Shown piece by piece: positions 59,568-64,000 of a stretch of 64,000 nucleotides of DNA. The stretch comes from Nitrososphaeria archaeon (lineage in GTDB: Archaea > Thermoproteota > Nitrososphaeria > Geothermarchaeales > JDFR-13), in the NCBI GenBank assembly GCA_027078545.1, contig JALWXN010000004.1, forward strand, positions 14,737 to 78,736. The letters run 5' to 3'. The notes beneath the pieces are model-generated. The model saw only the letters and a program-made list of their open reading frames with translations. It ran no database searches and had not been told where the DNA came from. Each line of letters opens with the position of its first letter. Positions within the stretch are counted from its first letter, which is position 1. The position numbers and the translations under genes are program-made.

Positions 59568-59622
59568 GATTGGATAACAATAGCTGGTTTAAACCTTGAG
59601 AGGCTGAATAGAGTCTAGTGAG

Positions 59623-60699
59623 ATGGGAGGCATATTCCGGGAAGAAGGGGCGACCGTATTCAGCATCGACTATGTACCGGAGAAGACTCCCCACAGAGAG
59701 GAAAACATAGAGGAGCTTGGCGGATACCTAGTCACCACATTCGAGAGAGGCGACTTCAGACCCCCAATATTGATAGGGCCATCGGGTACCGGAAAGACAC
59801 TAGTAGTGATAAAATCACTGGAGATGCTTAGAAACAACCCCATGTACGGGCCACATATCATCACAAACATAGTAAACACGATGATCACTAACAGCACATA
59901 CGCAGTTATCAAGAACATAGTGTCACTGCTCTCACCCGTCCCAGAACGGGGTCTATCCATCTCCGACCTATTGAAAAGGCTAGAGAGTGAGCTCGTCGCC
60001 ACAGGGCGTAAATACGTAGTGTGTCTAGACGACGCTGACGATATAATTAGGAGGGACAAGGGGAGGATAGTCTATCTCCTCACCAGGATCAACGAGGCTA
60101 TTGGAGAGGATCTTATCTACCCTATCTTCGTGGTTAGAGACTACAAGACAATCCTAGCTCTACCCGATTATATCAAGAGCAAGGTTGGAGGCCTAATGAT
60201 GAAGTTTAGTCCCTACACCCGAGACCAGCTTAAAGACATCATCGCTGAGAGGATAGAGAAGGGTCTGAAGCCCGAAGCTATAACAAGCAATGCGATAGAA
60301 ACAGCAGCGATAATATCGGAGAGGATCTACGGTGGAAACGCTAGGGAAATGATAAACCTGATATACAGATCCGCGATCTATGCAGAGAAGATCGATGCCC
60401 CCTATATAGATGCGGAGATAGTTAGGGAGACCTTCTACTACACCTTCTACAACAACATAGTAGAGCCGCTTGGATACCCCCACAGAGAGGTGATGAAGAT
60501 ACTCACCCTGACAGTGGACAGAGACAGATATATAGTGACAGATAACGATGTTGAGGAGATCCACTCAAGGGTCATGGACCAGGGCCTAACATACATACAT
60601 GTGAGAAAGATACTGACTGACCTGGCTGAGAAACACGGATATCTACTCCTCGAGGACGATTTTAAGCATGTTTTCATTCCACGCAGAATATTCCAGTAG
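59623..60699 (+). CDS. Orc1/Cdc6-family AAA+ ATPase, short divergent paralog
   Basis: The Orc1/Cdc6-typical N-terminus FREEGATVFSIDYVPEKTPHREENIEELGGYL, Walker A GPSGTGKT, Walker B VVCLDDADDI, and a C-terminal wH-like segment. It is only 358 aa. Confidence 0.6.
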   Translation: MGGIFREEGATVFSIDYVPEKTPHREENIEELGGYLVTTFERGDFRPPILIGPSGTGKTLVVIKSLEMLRNNPMYGPHIITNIVNTMITNSTYAVIKNIVSLLSPVPERGLSISDLLKRLESELVATGRKYVVCLDDADDIIRRDKGRIVYLLTRINEAIGEDLIYPIFVVRDYKTILALPDYIKSKVGGLMMKFSPYTRDQLKDIIAERIEKGLKPEAITSNAIETAAIISERIYGGNAREMINLIYRSAIYAEKIDAPYIDAEIVRETFYYTFYNNIVEPLGYPHREVMKILTLTVDRDRYIVTDNDVEEIHSRVMDQGLTYIHVRKILTDLAEKHGYLLLEDDFKHVFIPRRIFQ

Positions 60700-60785
60700 G
60701 AATACACCTAAGAATACTGGGAATACTTTCACTCACCCCCCTAGACAGGTACACCCCATGATACGGGAGAAAGCTGCAGGTTTAA

Positions 60786-61124
60786 ATGGGGATATCGATG
60801 CCACGACTACTACTTCTAGTTCCTCATGGCCAGAGAGACACATATAGGGTTAGGGAGCTTAATAGGATAGTCGCTGAGGAGGCGGCTGCACTAGGCATAG
60901 ACTATGAGGTCGTCGAGACAGACACTAGGGAACCCGCAATATATATTGAGGACAGCAGATCCGACACAACACTATACATAGATGAGGATGGCGAGGAGTC
61001 AGAGGAGACCATCAGGATGATGATAAGAGTACTTGCTACGATAGCGATATCCATGGACAGCAGAGAGGCGAGGGAGACAGTATCTCCATACATTGGGGTT
61101 GAGGAAGAAATTAGGAGGAGATAA
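60786..61124 (+). CDS. hypothetical acidic protein
   Basis: A 112-aa ORF with no recognisable family. Confidence 0.3.
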   Translation: MGISMPRLLLLVPHGQRDTYRVRELNRIVAEEAAALGIDYEVVETDTREPAIYIEDSRSDTTLYIDEDGEESEETIRMMIRVLATIAISMDSREARETVSPYIGVEEEIRRR

Positions 61125-61134
61125 CCACCGGACT

Positions 61135-61227
<93 letters not shown>

Positions 61228-61241
61228 TAATCCCACTAGAC

Positions 61242-62048
61242 TTATTCCGGAGAGAATCTTAAAAGCTTTCCTAGCAGATCCTCGAAATCCTCCCTACTCA
61301 TCCCGAGGGAATACTTTCTCAAGAGGCTTATTACCCCTCCCCTATCCATCCCTAATAGGTCTAGGATATAGTCGGAAGCTGGGGACCTCACCAACACCGC
61401 CTGAGCTACAGAGGTGAAGTTATGCGGCTTCCTAGTCATGGAGGCATACTCAAAATCGATAAACACTGGGTCATAGTCATCACTCCTAATGATTACATGA
61501 TCCTGTGGGCGGGACAGCTCACCATGATCCACACCAATACTGTCCAGCAGATACGCCTTGGTAAACAGTAGCCGTAGAAAGCTGAGAAGCTCATCCCTAT
61601 CTAATAGATATATCTGGCTAGCGAGGAACTCCCCCATCTTGAAGCCCACTATATACTCCATCAGGATAAGCCAATCCAATGACTCCACCAGGCGGGGCGA
61701 TACCTTATACTCACCTATCTTCTCCTCAATATAGCGTAGGATGCGGGCCTCCTGAGCCAAATCCTTATCACCGACATCAGTTCTAAGAATCTTAGCAACC
61801 GTAGGCTCCCCCCTATACGAAACAAGGAGAACCAGTGAAGACCCGCCCTTACCCAGTATTTTGACACCATATACCTCGGTGTCTCCCCATAGGACGATTT
61901 TATCCACCCCTATAGACTGCAGAGCCTCTAATCTCGACATAGCCAGCTCAACATCCCTAGAAGGGTATACCAAGAGAAGAAGTATCCTCTCATACTTGTC
62001 GGGACCATTCAGAATATCCTCAACGGACACTATACCAGAAAACGCCAT
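61242..62048 (-). CDS. putative atypical Ser/Thr protein kinase (RIO/Bud32-like)
   Basis: Gly-rich loop ILGKGGSSLVLLV, a VAK-type lysine (PTVAKIL), a catalytic-loop-like VDHGELSRPQDHVII, and DFEYA for DFG. 268 aa. Confidence 0.55.
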   Translation of the reverse strand: MAFSGIVSVEDILNGPDKYERILLLLVYPSRDVELAMSRLEALQSIGVDKIVLWGDTEVYGVKILGKGGSSLVLLVSYRGEPTVAKILRTDVGDKDLAQEARILRYIEEKIGEYKVSPRLVESLDWLILMEYIVGFKMGEFLASQIYLLDRDELLSFLRLLFTKAYLLDSIGVDHGELSRPQDHVIIRSDDYDPVFIDFEYASMTRKPHNFTSVAQAVLVRSPASDYILDLLGMDRGGVISLLRKYSLGMSREDFEDLLGKLLRFSPE

Positions 62049-63421
62049 TCAACATCGCCCTTCAAGATGTCAATATACATTCTATAGAGCTTTGGTGCAG
62101 CCCTGATAGCCCCCAGATCTCTGGGCAATACATAGATATTGGTGAGTTCTACATCCCCAGGCACACGTACCTCTTTATTCCCCAAGACATCCGACACGAC
62201 CCTCTCAGCCGAGGTATACCTCCTAGGCTTCAAGGAGTACCACCGTCCATCCTCACCCATCCACACTATATTCCTAACGTTCCCCCTGAGGAAACCCGTA
62301 TCATCATGTCTATACGGTATGGGACCCTTAGACAAGGATAGGGACGACACCTCCACGGATTCGAGTATAAGCACTATGAGAGTGTCCGAAACATAATCGC
62401 TCTCAAGACCCACTCTATAAATATCGAACCCATGCATCCTCAGCACGTTGGCCAACTTCCTACCTAGTCTATACATCTGGGGGTAATGGATATCCTCCAC
62501 CCGCTCCCCATGGGTGAAGTGGAGTACCAATGCATTTACATCTCCAACCAGAGGCTCCGGGTCGAAAACATCCTCTAGCCTCCTGTCTAGTATGGATGGA
62601 TCTCTAATCAGGTGTTTAGCCCCTGACACCGCCAGCGAGAAACGTTTCCATGTCAGGGCAGAGGCTACATTCCGCCCCCTATCCACAGGGTCTACAAATA
62701 TTAGTGGAGACCTCTCCCCAAAGACCTTTACTACCTCCTCCCGATCCCTGTAGACGCCTAGCCAATCTATAACCACGGGAGGAACCCATCTAGCCATCTG
62801 TCTAATCGTGTTTATAACGCCTCCGTAGTAGAGTACGAGGAGCTCAGTCAGATACCCGGAGAACCCACCAGTCTTGGCTTCAGAGCCATATACACCGAGC
62901 CTACGAAGAATGTATTTCAACGCAACGGCGTCGCAACGGTATTTTAAGATGCCCCTACTGATCAGGAACTCGTTATGGTAGTAGGACCTATCAACGGGGC
63001 TCTTCCAGTCCGGATAACTGGTTCTAAAGGCGGGTACAATGTTGTACTTGAAAGACTCACCATCATCTACGATGACCTCTAGATAAGGATGATCCGCGTA
63101 CCGTCTCCTTATCTCTACATCCCTATCTAGAGCCTTCTCCAACACCTCCTCTAGATAGTCCACCACCTCTCTAGGATCCACATCATCCCTAAACAGGATG
63201 AAGACATCAGCATCAAACTCATCCTTTACATATGTACCCCTAGCCACAGAGCCTAGCAGGACAACATCGTCTCGACCAACACCATACCTGGTTCTGAGGA
63301 GACTATATATGGTCTCTATTATCGACTCTACCTTAGCCCTGGCCAGCCCCCACTCATCTTCACTGGGACATTTATCCCTGATTATCCTATCCACCAACGA
63401 CTCTAGGCTCTCCGGGCTCAC
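62030..63421 (-). CDS. cca: CCA-adding enzyme (archaeal class I tRNA nucleotidyltransferase)
   Basis: LLGSVARGTYVKDEFDADVFILF is the class I polymerase-beta-like NT motif (GS...D.D). The length and domain order of archaeal CCA enzymes. 463 aa. Confidence 0.85.
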   Translation of the reverse strand: MSPESLESLVDRIIRDKCPSEDEWGLARAKVESIIETIYSLLRTRYGVGRDDVVLLGSVARGTYVKDEFDADVFILFRDDVDPREVVDYLEEVLEKALDRDVEIRRRYADHPYLEVIVDDGESFKYNIVPAFRTSYPDWKSPVDRSYYHNEFLISRGILKYRCDAVALKYILRRLGVYGSEAKTGGFSGYLTELLVLYYGGVINTIRQMARWVPPVVIDWLGVYRDREEVVKVFGERSPLIFVDPVDRGRNVASALTWKRFSLAVSGAKHLIRDPSILDRRLEDVFDPEPLVGDVNALVLHFTHGERVEDIHYPQMYRLGRKLANVLRMHGFDIYRVGLESDYVSDTLIVLILESVEVSSLSLSKGPIPYRHDDTGFLRGNVRNIVWMGEDGRWYSLKPRRYTSAERVVSDVLGNKEVRVPGDVELTNIYVLPRDLGAIRAAPKLYRMYIDILKGDVEWRFLV

Positions 63422-63430
63422 CTAATAGTG

Positions 63431-63976
63431 TCACCCCAGTGGAAACTCCTTCACAGTCTTATAGATAGGGCCCCTAGGGGTCAGGATACTGCTTTTGAGC
63501 CTGAAGTTCCTGATCTCCAGTGTCTCACCAACATTTATCGACGAAAGGAGGTCTATATCTCTGGGCCCCAGCCTAGTATACTGCTTGATCCTAGCCACAG
63601 TAATATGAGGCTTGAAGGGCTTCCTATCCTCCTGCCCAATTCCCCTTAGTACACTCGCCACCTGTCTCTGTAGAGTCACCAGGTTCTCATCTGGGTCAAC
63701 CTCTATAAACACTACACGCGGCCTATCCAAGCTGGGAAACGCCCCAACACCTCCAACACGTATCCTACAGACACCAGCCCTAACCCTTGATAGTCTATCC
63801 ACAATCTCCTCAGTTAGAGAATCATCAACCTCACCAATGAACCTCAGAGTTATGTGGAGCAGAGAGGGATCCACATAAGTAGCCCTAACACCCAGCCTCC
63901 TTATCACCTCCTGGGCCTGAAGCACCTTCTTAGCCACTCTCTCCGACTCTATATCAAGAGCCACGAATAGCCTCAT
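63431..63976 (-). CDS. thpR: 2H phosphoesterase / RNA 2',3'-cyclic phosphodiesterase (LigT/ThpR family)
   Basis: Two H-x-T-x motifs (HITLRFIG and HITVARI) about 85 aa apart. 181 aa. Confidence 0.8.
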   Translation of the reverse strand: MRLFVALDIESERVAKKVLQAQEVIRRLGVRATYVDPSLLHITLRFIGEVDDSLTEEIVDRLSRVRAGVCRIRVGGVGAFPSLDRPRVVFIEVDPDENLVTLQRQVASVLRGIGQEDRKPFKPHITVARIKQYTRLGPRDIDLLSSINVGETLEIRNFRLKSSILTPRGPIYKTVKEFPLG

Positions 63977-64000
63977 CCCAAACCCTCAATATCTTATAAA

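Overview
This window reads as core chromosome from a hyperthermophilic crenarchaeon (about 50% GC, Desulfurococcales/Thermoproteales-like codon usage and gene content). It is densely packed, with genes on both strands and many 4-nt or ATGA-type overlaps. No CRISPR array, IS element or prophage is visible.

The main recognisable blocks are:
- an A/V-type ATP synthase operon (atpF-H-E-A-B-D-C, an opposite-strand membrane ORF, then atpI-K)
- a TldD/PmbA protease pair with a MazG-like gene
- Hsp20 and the tRNA-splicing endonuclease EndA
- TIP49/RuvB-like ATPase and TrmI
- a family-B DNA polymerase
- a catalytic-domain-only threonyl-tRNA synthetase
- GatD/GatE, Elp3 and an r-protein S30e gene that the 60-aa ORF track missed
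- Nop5 and fibrillarin
- an smc-scpA-scpB operon
- the S8e-SRP19-Gar1-TFB cluster
- RlmE, Trm1, RNase HII, RadA, an Asn/Asp-tRNA synthetase, CCA-adding enzyme, 2H phosphoesterase, and an intron-containing tRNA-Pro(GGG)

The least-explained part is an accessory-looking island at about 26.3-30.0 kb. It holds a HerA-like ATPase plus NurA-like nuclease pair with no mre11/rad50 beside it, followed by three paralogous small two-domain winged-helix proteins.

Other points for follow-up:
- two overlapping hypothetical genes co-oriented with EndA and a DUF47 gene
- a short divergent Orc1/Cdc6-like ATPase
- an about 105-aa acidic N-terminal extension on PolB
- a large surface protein dense in N-glycosylation sequons
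- two DUF47 paralogs, one paired with a PiT-like permease

The ORF track uses GTG/TTG as well as ATG starts and extends ORFs to the furthest upstream start. Several 5' ends were therefore trimmed to the first ATG that fits family N-termini and neighbouring gene ends.
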